A stretch of 64,000 nt of DNA from Octopus vulgaris (taxonomy: Eukaryota), in the NCBI GenBank assembly GCA_951406725.2, contig OX597836.1, positions 13,950,001 through 14,014,000 on the forward strand, written 5' to 3'. Numbering within the stretch: the first letter of the stretch is position 1; each line of letters opens with the position of its first letter. Below the pieces are notes generated by a model that saw only the letters and a list, made by a program, of their open reading frames with translations, ran no database searches and was not told where the DNA came from. The translations under genes were made by a program, and so were the position numbers. Of this stretch, positions 39,551 through 52,589 are shown one piece after another.

Positions 39551-39731
39551 CGGACCTGGTTTACAGACGGGGTGTTCCAGCTGAGTATCAAGAGCTCGGT
39601 TATAGATGGCCAGAGAATTGTAGCGGTAATGTTCAATGAGTTCGACCACCGAATCAAAAGTTAACGGTTCAACAAATCCGTATTTGTTGTTTTTGTGGTA
39701 AATTTTTATTAATTTATTGCTGCCGCCTTTC
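39551..39731 (-). CDS. PIK3R1: PI3K regulatory subunit exon 12: nSH2 end ([60 protein letters not shown])
   Basis: tag/gtacgt sites; KGGxNKLIKI and SVVELIxHY closely match the p85 nSH2. Confidence 0.96.
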
Positions 39732-40798
39732 CTAAAAATTCCAAAAGTATTTCAATTTTATAGATTTTGTTTTTAAACAATTAGGATTTTATCATTCAAA
39801 TTTCACGAAAATAATTTTCTTGGTATTTTTATAAATTATTTGGTTTGCAAGATTATTGATGTGAATTTGTGTTTTGAAACAGATTTTGTTGCTCTTTGGG
39901 CAGGTCAGTATGCCAATATGAACACATGCACTGGTTCCATTTCACTATTATTATAATTGAGTGAGAGCAGTGCATGCCATAAAAGTGACACTGAGGCATA
40001 AATATATGAACACAATTTTGGTATAAAAGATGGGCTACTTCCAAATCCACTCACAAGGCTTTGGTCAGCCCAAGGCTATAGTAGAAGACACTTGGCCAAG
40101 GTGTCATGTAGTGGGACTGAACCCAGAACCATAAGGTTGGGAAGCAAGCTTCTTACTGCACAGCCACACCCACACCTATTTTCTTTCTTTCTTCCACTTT
40201 TTTTCTTTTGGTTTTCTTGTAATTTAAAACACTGCAGTATCCATGCTTAATTACATTCCTCTAGTTTCAGGATTCAAATCCAACCAGCGTCACTGTTTAT
40301 AGAACCCCTATAGGATTCAATAACAGAATAAAACAACAGGAGAAAATTTTACGTCCATTTTTTCCCTGCCTGCATGAGTTAGATGGAATTCAATGAGGTA
40401 GATTTGCCATGGCCAGACATCAATTCAATCAATTATAAAAAAATTCAGAAACTTGGGACAAATTTGATAAATGATCAACACTTCAGCATTTAAACTGGCC
40501 ACATCCGGCCCAAATAATTTACTTGTTTACAATCAAACTAGCCTGATCCAACCTCTCACACTCAACATACAATGTCATTCTAAAAATAACAATCACATCA
40601 CTGTTGTAAGATAATATATGATTAATTTAAAACAAGATGAATAAATAAGGTTTACGCTTGAAGGAATGGTCTGAAGGGTAAAGGGTTACACATTTACTGC
40701 CATTGTCTTTTTCTCTGCAACCAGACTGCAAAAGCGAGATAGGGAGGGATTGAGGGGGGAAAGAGACAGGGGTAGAAGAATGAGAGGGGCTTGCTTAC

Positions 40799-40891
40799 CT
40801 GAGTGTTAGAGTGTAGTCACCATGCGTAGAGGCATCCCGAACCAAAAAGGTTCCATCTGACGTGTCCTTCAGCTTATCATTTACCTCTTCT
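40799..40891 (-). CDS. PIK3R1: PI3K regulatory subunit exon 11: nSH2 ([31 protein letters not shown])
   Basis: cag/gtaagc sites; [10 protein letters not shown] phosphotyrosine-binding motif; 93 nt, phase 2-2. Confidence 0.96.
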
Positions 40892-42060
40892 CTGGAATAT
40901 TAACACATAAAATTAGGTATAATGATGATAATAATAATAATAATAATGATATTAATAATAATAATAATAATCAGCCTTTCTACTAAAGGCACAAGGCCTG
41001 ACATTTTGGGGGAAGGGGACTAGTCAATAACATTGCCCCCAGTGCTTCACTGGTACTTAATTTATCAATTCTGAAAGCATGAAAATTAAATTTGACCCCA
41101 GCAGAATTTGAGTTCAGAATGTTAAAGAAGGACGAAATGAAATTTAAGCATTTTGCCTTTCATGCTAATGGTTCTGCCAGCTCGCAGCCTTAATAGTAAT
41201 AATCCTAATAATAATGGTTTCCAAATTTTGCACAAGGCCAGCAAGTTCGGGGGGGGGGGGGGTAAATTGATTGCATTTATCTCAGTGCTCAACTGATGCT
41301 TATTTTATCGACCCCGAAAGGAATAAAAGTAAAGTTGACCTCTGCGAAATAATAATAATAATTATCTCAAATTTTGACACAAGGGTAACAGTTTCAGGTG
41401 AAGGGTTAAACCAATTACAATGACCCCAGTGCTCAACTGGTACTTATTTTATCAACCCCCAAAAGAATGAAAGGCGAAGTTGACCTCAGTAGAATTTAAA
41501 CCCAGAACATACAGACAGACGAAGCATTTCGTCTGGTGGGCTTAACATTTCTACCAGTTTGCTGACATAATAATAAAATTATCTACAATAGGCACAAGGC
41601 CTGAAATTTTGGGGGAGAAGGACAGTTACATTGACCTCAGTACACGACTGGTAACTAATTCATGACCCCAAAAAAGATTGAAGGGCAAAAATCGAGCTCG
41701 GTGGAATTTGAACCCAGAACATAAAGAAGGACAAAATACCTATTTATTTAGTACCCACAAGGGGCTAAACACAGAGGGGACAAACAAGGACAGACATAGG
41801 TATTAAGTCGATTACATCGACCCCAGTGTGTAACTGGTACTTAAAAGTCGACCTCGGCGGAATTTGAACACAGAACGTAGTGGCAGACGAAATACGGCTA
41901 CGCATTTCGCCTGGCGTGCTAACGTTTCTGCCACCTTGCAGCCATAATAACACTAATAATATAGATTAGATCTGAACAAAAAGCAAAGAGAGGGGAGGTG
42001 CGTGTGTGTGTGCGTGAGAGAAAGAGAGAAAAAAGGGAGAGGAGGAAGGGAGACACAAAC

Positions 42061-42130
42061 CTTGATAACTCGCCCCAGTACCACTCAGCGTCCTTCAGTT
42101 CATATTTGGCTGGAGTAGTTGGTGCATCAT
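42061..42130 (-). CDS. PIK3R1: PI3K regulatory subunit exon 10: nSH2 start (NDAPTTPAKYELKDAEWYWGELSR)
   Basis: tag/gtttgt sites; LxDAEWYWGxxSR is diagnostic of p85/p55. Confidence 0.93.
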
Positions 42131-43586
42131 CTACAATGGAAGATAGGATTGAGGATTAGGGCAGCGTGTACAGGGGGTGGTGGTGGTCGCGGTGGTAACT
42201 AGTCTAGAAGTAAACCCTGTGCGGGTATGGACATACAGGGGTATAGTGGGTGATAAAGTGGCATGGCAAAGTGGACGTTGCAACAATGAAGAAAAAGAAG
42301 TGTGTGTGTGTGTGCATCACCATAATTTAACATCAGTTCTCCTAGCTGGCAGTTGAGGCGCGTGGCTTAGTGGTTAGGGTGTCAGCACCATGATCGTAAG
42401 ATTGTGATTTCGATTCCTGGACCGGGCGACGTGTTGTGTTCTTGAGCAAAACACTTCATTCTACATTGCTCCAGTCCACTCAGCTGGCAAAAATGAGTAA
42501 CGCTGCGATGGGCTGGCGTCCCGTCCAGCTGGGGAACATATACGCCTTAGAAACCGGGCCCATGAGTCTGACTAGGCTTTAAAAAGGGCGCATTTATTTT
42601 TTTTTCTCTCCTAGCTGGCATAGGTTGGATGATTTGACAGGAGCCAACCAGCAGAAGAGGCTGCCCAGGCTCCATGCCAGTCTTAGCATGGTTTCTACAG
42701 CTGGATGCCCTTCCTAATGCAAACCCCTTCATAGAGTGTACCGGGTGCTCTTACACAACATAGGTATGGGTGCTTTTACACGAAACTGGTATGGGTGCTT
42801 TTTATGTGACACCAGTACCCAGAACCCTGCAAAATTAGGATCGCTGAGATGAAGAGGGATGCAGGGGACATGCCTGCATGCAAGGACAACCACGATTTCA
42901 CTTAGCTTGTATACACCTATATATTTATATGCATGTATATAAATGTATGTATGTTTATGTATGTGCGTATGGATAGCTGCATATTTATACATGTGTGTGT
43001 GTGTGTGCGTGTGTATACATATATACATTCATACATTCCTGTGTATGTATATATACCTATGTACTTGTGTGTGTATGAGCATATCATCATCATCATCATC
43101 ATCATCGTTTAACGTCCGTTTTCCGCGCTAGCACGGGTTGGACGGTTTCGACCGGGGTCTGGGGAGCTAGGGACTGCCCCAGGCTCCAGTCTAGTCTGGC
43201 AGTGTTTCTACAGCTGGATGCCCTTCCTAACGCCAACCACTCCGCGAGTGTAGTGGGTGTTTTTTACGTGCCACCTGCACGGGTGCCAGAGGGGTCTGGC
43301 ATCGGCCACGTTCGGATGGTGCTTTTTTTATTATGTGGGGGGGGGGGCAGAAATATAGGGGAGCACCAGTGGGGAGGGGTGGTTCAGAGGAATGATGACA
43401 GGTTCTTAGGCAAGTAGAACGTAGGATAGAGGGTAATGCATGGTGAAAATAGCGTATTGAGGAGGGGGCATTCGAAGAGTAGACACCTATAATGGTGGTG
43501 GGAGAAACAACATCCGGTATAGATGGAGCAAAAATATAGAGATATCCGGTATTGGTGGTGGGGGTGGGCAGGGTGGGTGCACCGCG

Positions 43587-46500
43587 AATACGCGCGAAGG
43601 TTGAAAAAGGATGATAGAGCGAGACTTGGTCGGGCAGAGTTAATAGAGGAGAAATTAGATACAATAGTTAGATAGATAAATAACAACAGATAGGAAAACA
43701 TGTATGATTGGTCGAGAAGTGAAGTGAAGTGAAAATAAATAAAAATAAAATAAAATAATATAAGCATTCAAACTTAGCTGTGCTCGAGATTATAGCCGCT
43801 AGGTGAATGAATGAGAGAGCAGATGTTGTTGCCTTAAGTAAAGAAATTGACCGGAAAGGAATTTTTGGACAAGGCGGAAGTGTATTAAGGGAACAGGCTT
43901 TAAAGATGGCGGAGATCGATAGACAAATACGCGCGAAGGTTGAAAAAGGATGATAGAGCGAGACTTGGTCGGGCAGAGTTAATAGAGGAGAAATTAGATA
44001 CAATAGTTAGATAGATAAATAACAACAGATAGGAAAACATGTATGATTGGTCGAGAAGTGAAGTGAAGTGAAAATAAATAAAAATAAAATAAAATAATAT
44101 AAGCATTCAAACTTAGCTGTGCTCGAGATTATAGCCGCTAGGTGAATGAATGAGAGAGCAGATGTTGTTGCCTTAAGTAAAGAAATTGACCGGAAAGGAA
44201 TTTTTGGACAAGGCGGAAGTGTATTAAGGGAACAGGCTTTAAAGATGGCGGAGATCGATAGACAAATACGCGCGAAGGTTGAAAAAGGATGATAGAGCGA
44301 GACTTGGTCGGGCAGAGTTAATAGAGGAGAAATTAGATACAATAGTTAGATAGATAAATAACAACAGATAGGAAAACATGTATGATTGGTCGAGAAGTGA
44401 AGTGAAGTGAAAATAAATAAAAATAAAATAAAATAATATAAGCATTCAAACTTAGCTGTGCTCGAGATTATAGCCGCTAGGTGAATGAATGAGAGAGCAG
44501 ATGTTGTTGCCTTAAGTAAAGAAATTGACCGGAAAGGAATTTTTGGACAAGGCGGAAGTGTATTAAGGGAACAGGCTTTAAAGATGGCGGAGATCGATAG
44601 ACAAATACGCGCGAAGGTTGAAAAAGGATGATAGAGCGAGACTTGGTCGGGCAGAGTTAATAGAGGAGAAATTAGATACAATAGTTAGATAGATAAATAA
44701 CAACAGATAGGAAAACATGTATGATTGGTCGAGAAGTGAAGTGAAGTGAAAATAAATAAAAATAAAATAAAATAATATAAGCATTCAAACTTAGCTGTGC
44801 TCGAGATTATAGCCGCTAGGTGAATGAATGAGAGAGCAGATGTTGTTGCCTTAAGTAAAGAAATTGACCGGAAAGGAATTTTTGGACAAGGCGGAAGTGT
44901 ATTAAGGGAACAGGCTTTAAAGATGGCGGAGATCGATAGACAAATACGCGCGAAGGTTGAAAAAGGATGATAGAGCGAGACTTGGTCGGGCAGAGTTAAT
45001 AGAGGAGAAATTAGATACAATAGTTAGATAGATAAATAACAACAGATAGGAAAACATGTATGATTGGTCGAGAAGTGAAGTGAAGTGAAAATAAATAAAA
45101 TAAAATAAAATAATATAAGCATTCAAACTTAGCTGTGCTCGAGATTATAGCCGCTAGGTGAATGAATGAGAGAGCAGATGTTGTTGCCTTAAGTAAAGAA
45201 ATTGACCGGAAAGGAATTTTTGGACAAGGCGGAAGTGTATTAAGGGAACAGGCTTTAAAGATGGCGGAGATCGATAGACAAATACGCGCGAAGGTTGAAA
45301 AAGGATGATAGAGCGAGACTTGGTCGGGCAGAGTTAATAGAGGAGAAATTAGATACAATAGTTAGATAGATAAATAACAACAGATAGGAAAACATGTATG
45401 ATTGGTCGAGAAGTGAAGTGAAGTGAAAATAAATAAAAATAAAATAAAATAATATAAGCATTCAAACTTAGCTGTGCTCGAGATTATAGCCGCTAGGTGA
45501 ATGAATGAGAGAGCAGATGTTGTTGCCTTAAGTAAAGAAATTGACCGGAAAGGAATTTTTGGACAAGGCGGAAGTGTATTAAGGGAACAGGCTTTAAAGA
45601 TGGCGGAGATCGATAGACAAATACGCGCGAAGGTTGAAAAAGGATGATAGAGCGAGACTTGGTCGGGCAGAGTTAATAGAGGAGAAATTAGATACAATAG
45701 TTAGATAGATAAATAACAACAGATAGGAAAACATGTATGATTGGTCGAGAAGTGAAGTGAAGTGAAAATAAATAAAAATAAAATAAAATAATATAAGCAT
45801 TCAAACTTAGCTGTGCTCGAGATTATAGCCGCTAGGTGAATGAATGAGAGAGCAGATGTTGTTGCCTTAAGTAAAGAAATTGACCGGAAAGGAATTTTTG
45901 GACAAGGCGGAAGTGTATTAAGGGAACAGGCTTTAAAGATGGCGGAGATCGATAGACAAATACGCGCGAAGGTTGAAAAAGGATGATAGAGCGAGACTTG
46001 GTCGGGCAGAGTTAATAGAGGAGAAATTAGATACAATAGTTAGATAGATAAATAACAACAGATAGGAAAACATGTATGATTGGTCGAGAAGTGAAGTGAA
46101 GTGAAAATAAATAAAAATAAAATAAAATAATATAAGCATTCAAACTTAGCTGTGCTCGAGATTATAGCCGCTAGGTGAATGAATGAGAGAGCAGATGTTG
46201 TTGCCTTAAGTAAAGAAATTGACCGGAAAGGAATTTTTGGACAAGGCGGAAGTGTATTAAGGGAACAGGCTTTAAAGATGGCGGAGATCGATAGACAAAT
46301 ACGCGCGAAGGTTGAAAAAGGATGATAGAGCGAGACTTGGTCGGGCAGAGTTAATAGAGGAGAAATTAGATACAATAGTTAGATAGATAAATAACAACAG
46401 ATAGGAAAACATGTATGATTGGTCGAGAAGTGAAGTGAAGTGAAAATAAATAAAAATAAAATAAAATAATATAAGCATTCAAACTTAGCTGTGCTCGAGA

Positions 46501-47197
46501 TTATAGCCGCTAGGTGAATGAATGAGAGAGCAGATGTTGTTGCCTTAAGTAAAGAAATTGACCGGAAAGGAATTTTTGGACAAGGCGGAAGTGTATTAAG
46601 GGAACAGGCTTTAAAGATGGCGGAGATCGATAGACAAATACGCGCGAAGGTTGAAAAAGGATGATAGAGCGAGACTTGGTCGGGCAGAGTTAATAGAGGA
46701 GAAATTAGATACAATAGTTAGATAGATAAATAACAACAGATAGGAAAACATGTATGATTGGTCGAGAAGTGAAGTGAAGTGAAAATAAATAAAAATAAAA
46801 TAAAATAATATAAGCATTCAAACTTAGCTGTGCTCGAGATTATAGCCGCTAGGTGAATGAATGAGAGAGCAGATGTTGTTGCCTTAAGTAAAGAAATTGA
46901 CCGGAAAGGAATTTTTGGACAAGGCGGAAGTGTATTAAGGGAACAGGCTTTAAAGATGGCGGAGATCGATAGACAAATACGCGCGAAGGTTGAAAAAGGA
47001 TGATAGAGCGAGACTTGGTCGGGCAGAGTTAATAGAGGAGAAATTAGATACAATAGTTAGATAGATAAATAACAACAGATAGGAAAACATGTATGATTGG
47101 TCGAGAAGTGAAGTGAAGTGAAAATAAATAAAAATAAAATAAAATAATATAAGCATTCAAACTTAGCTGTGCTCGAGATTATAGCCGCTAGGTGAAT
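43587..47197. repeat. Intronic satellite, 339-bp unit x ~10.6
   Basis: Near-identical units at 339-bp period (one unit is 338); the ORF track repeats with the same period. Confidence 0.97.
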
Positions 47198-47608
47198 ATA
47201 TATATATATATATTTACATATATATATATATGTATGTATGCCTATATATATGTATGTATGCATATATATATATATGCGTGTGTGTGTGTGTATGCAAGTA
47301 TGCAGATACACACACACACACACACACAAACAAACACACATACACTCACATACCTGTGTATGTGTATATGTGTGTGTGTGTATCTTTCAAAAGGAAGAAA
47401 TATGACACACAAGATAATTTAGCCCTAGATTGTCTGAATAAAAGAGAGGATGATCAAGGCTGGAATATCATTAATCATTAGTCTGCTCAATCAGAGCTGA
47501 CCAAAACAACAACAGCAGCAAAAACAGGTGGAATGGTAATAATATTAATAATAATAATAATAATAATGATGATAATAATAATGATAATAATAGTGACAAA
47601 CAACTTAC

Positions 47609-47727
47609 TGGGTCGCTTGGGTATAGGGGGTGGATTATGAACATTTGGTTTTTCCACACCCCAATCCCCATAAGAAAGCAAGTTCTCAACCAGCTCAATG
47701 TGTAACTTTGTATTCTCCACAATTTCT
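47609..47727 (-). CDS. PIK3R1: PI3K regulatory subunit exon 9: RhoGAP end and proline-rich motif (EIVENTKLHIELVENLLSYGDWGVEKPNVHNPPPIPKRP)
   Basis: cag/gtaagt sites; PPxPxR SH3-ligand at the position of the second p85 proline-rich region. Confidence 0.9.
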
Positions 47728-48650
47728 CTGTACGAAACGGAAGAAAGAAAATCAAATAATTAAAATAGTAAAGAAAAAACAACAACAACAACAACAAAAA
47801 AACAAACAAACATACATGCTATTAACAAGGTGCATGGCTAGGTGGTTAGAGCATCAAGCTTGCAATCACAAGATAGTGAGTTTGATTCCCAGACCAATTC
47901 AGTATGATACACTGATTGCCATTCTAAACTAATATTGCTTCTGTCACACATAATGAATACTTTCCTTCGTTGAACACTAAACTCTGCTTGCGAAGACCTG
48001 TTGAGGCAAGTGAAATGGAAATCAAATTCAATAACTGGCATCCGTGCTAGTGGAGTGCTAAGAATACCATCTGAGCCTGATCGGTGCCAGTGGTACATAA
48101 AAAACACCATTTGAGCGTGATCGTTACCTGCATTGCCTTACTGGCACTTGTGCTGGTAGCATGTGTAAAACATTCAAGCAAGGTCGTTGCCAGTGCCGCT
48201 GGACTGGCTCCTGTGCAGGTGGCACGTAAAAAACACCATCTGAGCATGGCCGTTGCCGGTACTGCCTGACTGGCCCTCATGCCGGTGGCATGTAAGAGCA
48301 CCTACTACGCTCTCAGAGTGGTTGGTGTTAGGAAGGGCATCCAGCTGTAGAAATTCTGCCAGATCAGAATGGAGTCTGGTGTAGCCATCTGGTTCGCCAG
48401 ACATCAGTCATATCATCCAACCCATGCTAGCATGGAAAGCGGACGTTAAACGATGATGATGATGATATATATCATCATCGTTTTGTGTGTTTTCCAGACT
48501 TCTTACTCAGTATAGTAGAAGAAGATAACAGCCAATTGTTCATACAGGGTCCAAAAGGGGACTTCTTAACCACATGGGCCTCACACTTAAACACACACAC
48601 ACACACACACACACACAAAACAAAATTAAAGGTCGAGTGACCCAACTTAC

Positions 48651-48852
48651 ACAATTCGCTCCCAAGGGGGCCGCAGAAGGATGTGACAGAACACTTTCGA
48701 CAACTTCTCTATGTCGTCTCGCACGCCAGATTCGTACTGCATCTGCCAGAGACGACAGAAGTGTTTCATGAAGAAGTGCAACGTGGACGCATGGGCCGAG
48801 GGTAAGGATGTCACCAAGGTCATGAGGTCTCTCTCGTTTGTGGAACCGACCA
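48651..48852 (-). CDS. PIK3R1: PI3K regulatory subunit exon 8: RhoGAP (MVGSTNERDLMTLVTSLPSAHASTLHFFMKHFCRL...VFCHILLRPPWERIV)
   Basis: cag/gtaagt sites; LPxxHxxTL..H and VF..LLRP RhoGAP motifs; phase 1-2. Confidence 0.9.
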
Positions 48853-50068
48853 CTGAAAATTAAAGAAAGGACAAATAAATTTAAGGGACATCAAAAGACA
48901 AGATGGCAAAATATCAATAATGATACTGAGGACTGGCAATATCACTGAATTATAAGTGAAAATCAATGAATTAGAATAAGTTATTAGATTAGAAGATAAT
49001 TCAAAATAAATTAAGAATTTCCCTGTTGTTAGAAAAATAAAGTCAGTGGTCAAAGTTAGAATCTTAAAGAAAAAGGGAAATAATTAGGAGACATAAAAAG
49101 ATGGCAAAATATCAATAATGATAAAAATAATGGTTTCCAATTTCGACACAAGGCCAGCAACTTTAGGGAAGAGCTCAGTCGATTACAATGGCCCCAGTGC
49201 TCAACTAGTAAACAATTTTATCGATCCTGAAAGAATGAAAGGTGAAGTTAACCCCGGCAGCATTTGAGGTAACAAAGAGATGGAAGAAATGCTACTAAGC
49301 TTTTTGTGCAATGCGCTAAAGGGTTCTGCAAATAATAATCCTTTCTACTGGAGGTGCAAGGCCTGAAATTTCTGGGGAAGGAACTGGTTGATTACACTGA
49401 CCTCAGTGTTTCACTGGTACTTAATTTATCGACCCCAAAAAGACGAAAGGCAAAGTCGACCTCGGCAGAATTTGAACTCAGAATGTAAAGACAGATGAAA
49501 TGCTGTGAAGCATTTTGCCAGGCATGCTAACGATTCTGCCTGTTCACCACCTTAATAAACCTTTCTACTGAAAGACACAGGCCTGAGATATGGGGGAGGG
49601 GTATAGTCAATTACATCGAACCCAGTGTTTATCCACCCCAAATGGATGAAAGGTAAAGTCAACTTCAGTGAAATTTGAACTTAGAATGTAAAGACAGATG
49701 AAATGCCATTGAGCAGCTTGCCTGGCATGCTAACAATTCTGCTGGCCCTCCACCCTAATAATAATAATCACCATCATCATAATAATAATCATCATCATTG
49801 TCGTTTAACATCCGCTTTCCAGGCTAGCATGGGTTGGACGATATGTCTGAAGACTGGCAAACAAGATGGCTGCACCAGGCTCCAATCTTGATCTGGCAGA
49901 GTTTCTACAATGAAAGGCAAAGCTGACCTGTGTTGAAGTTTGAACTCAGAACATAATGAGTCGGAAGAAAGATTGCAAAGCATTTTGTCTGAGAAATGCT
50001 GACAATTCTGTCGACAATAAGAAAGCAATTGAGCAAAAAAAAGAATGAAAGAATGACAGAACACTTAC

Positions 50069-50203
50069 TAGCTGCTTTGATGAAGTCGGCATAATTTTCA
50101 ACAGGAATTACAGGGTTGGGCAGTTCTCGAAGGTATTTCTTGAGCACACCAGCTATCGAATGGATGTTGAAGCTACTGATATCTATTAATAGCGGGTCGG
50201 ATG
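50069..50203 (-). CDS. PIK3R1: PI3K regulatory subunit exon 7: RhoGAP ([45 protein letters not shown])
   Basis: cag/gtaagt sites; LKxYLRELPxP motif. Confidence 0.93.
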
Positions 50204-50419
50204 CTGTGAAGAACAAAAAATGAAAAAAACAGAAGATATTAAAAAAAAAACATAGGTGCAGGAGTGGCTGTATGGTAAGTAGCTTGCTTACCAAACACAT
50301 GGTTCCGGGTTCAGTCCCACTGTGTGGCACCTTGGGCAAGTGTCTTCTACTATAGCCCCGGGCCGACCAAAGCCTTGTGAGTGGATTTGGTAGATGGAAA
50401 CTGAAAGAAGCCCGTCGTA

Positions 50420-50596
<177 letters not shown>

Positions 50597-51041
50597 ATGT
50601 GTTTGTGTGTCTGTGTTTGTCCCCCTAGCATTGCTTGACAACCGATGCTGGTGTGTTTACGTCCCCGTAACTTAGCAGTTCAGCAAAAGAAACCCACAGA
50701 ATAAGTACTGGGCTTACAAAGAATAAGTCCCAGGGTCGATTTGCTCGACTAAAGGCGGTGCTCCAGCATGGCCGCAGTCAAATGACTGAAACAAGCAAAA
50801 GAGTAAAGAGTATATAAATCAAAAGAAAATGAAATGAATCAGACACAATCGTGTCGTTCTGCCAAATGATTTCCTGTATTCGTTATCCATGCGTTAGCAT
50901 CATTGATTATTCCTTCATTAATTTCCTTTGACTCCATGTGGAGTGTAAAGGTGTCAACAAGATGCCGTCATCGGGAATATGTGATAAGCATAAGGTTAGA
51001 AGCTCTGCACAATCAATTTTCTGCACTGCTATAGAAATATT

Positions 51042-51460
51042 GGATCTTTTCGGTTTGAACGGCAGTTTTTTCTAGCGCTGTCATATGAAATTGTCACCCA
51101 TAATTATGACCCTAGTATCGATCTATTGCACTTCAATCTGTTTTAGGGTTAGGGTTAGGAGTGGGGGAAGGGCATCTTTTTTTCTTCAGAAATGTAAATA
51201 AACCCAATCTGTTTCTTAAACGAGGGACAAATTCATACGGCACAGAATGTTTTCACCTCAATAGACGGTCATTGATTGGTTGAAATTGCAGACATTGAAG
51301 AAAAAAAAACCAACAAATATCTTACAAACTATAGAATTTTCTCAATAAAGCCAAGAGAAAAAGATGTTTTATAAACACATTCTACCAGTATACGAAGTTT
51401 AAAAGTGTTTAGTTACGTGGAAATCATTTTAAAAAACTGCCGTTCAAACCGAAAAGATCC
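51042..51460. mobile_element. Young MITE with 29-bp TIRs and perfect 8-bp TSD
   Basis: ggatcttttcggtttgaacggcagttttt / aaaaactgccgttcaaaccgaaaagatcc; gaaatatt on both sides. Confidence 0.92.
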
Positions 51461-51664
51461 GAAATATTAACAAAAGGACGCACTAATATAGTATAGGGAG
51501 AATTTAAGGTGTGAATAAAGGCCCTGATTTTTTGGAAGGGAATGCTCTTTTTATTCTTATCTACTTAAAACAAAATATTTACATGTAAAAGACATGAAGT
51601 GAAGAGTAAAACAGAAAGTGGGAGGGGTACAAGGGTTTAGAAAGAGACAGAGAGGGGGTGGATT

Positions 51665-51790
51665 TTTCCATACATGATCGGCTATACCCGATTTATCAAT
51701 ATCTCCCTGTGTCACAGCTTTGCGATGTTCCTCAGCCCTTATTTTGAGGGGGCAGCATGTTTCGCCTTTGTATGACCCACAAATATCCAT
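51665..51790 (-). pseudogene. Penelope-like GIY-YIG fragment
   Basis: CGSYKGETCCPLKIRAEEHRKAV...KSGIADHVW matches CxxxYIGETxRxLxxRxxEH...SxxAxH. Confidence 0.7.
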
Positions 51791-52589
51791 CAAATGTAAA
51801 TAATGTACATAATTCCTCATCTCTTGAGCATAGAACTGTATTAGAGTGGGGAGGGGGGTTGAAAGAGTGTGAAAGAAAGGGAACACAAGAGGAAGAGAGA
51901 GAGAGAATAAAAACAGAAACAGTTCAGTTTTTTTTTTGTGATGTCGTTTGCGCAGCAAGCAAACTGGGAAAGGCGGAGTTATGTCCCTTGTACTAAAATT
52001 ACCACGTTTGGTCGTTTACACCGTTTCTAGTTTGCTATTGTCTTAACTTTGTCGTGTCATAGTAATTTCTTGATTTATATTTACAAAACCTTCGCCTGTC
52101 CTGTACACCACATGATACACAGCACATATTTCCCTGGCGTCCATACAACATATATAATACACATTCCGAATATATTTTTAACGACCAGAATGCCTTGGGA
52201 CTTATAAAGGAAGGCTTTATATTAATCAGAACAGTGAAACAAGGGCTGACTAAAAACCCTGAAAACAAGCACAGACGTTTAGGACAAACTTAGGAAAATG
52301 CTTTAGAGAGGCAAAGGGTTAAGCCATCTTCAATGTTATTCATCATCATCATCATCCTCTCGCGTCCGTTTTCCATGCTGGCAGGAGTTGGACGGTTTAA
52401 CTGCACCCAGGTTCCAGTCTGATCTGGCTCGGTTTCCATGGCTGGATACTCTTCTTAATCCCAACCACTTTACAGTGTGTGCTGGGTGCTTTAAACGTGC
52501 CACTGGCACGAGCGCTTTTACGTGGCACTGGCAAAAGTTCCTTCTATGTGGCACCAGCACTGGACTCTTGCAGGCCAATACTCTGACCG

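Noticed and set aside
42131-42235. LPPRPPPPP-coding stretch just upstream of exon 10 as an exon extension or p55-like first exon
   Set aside because: Out of frame with exon 10; the in-frame extension hits TAA, and the nearby ATG frame stops at TAG.
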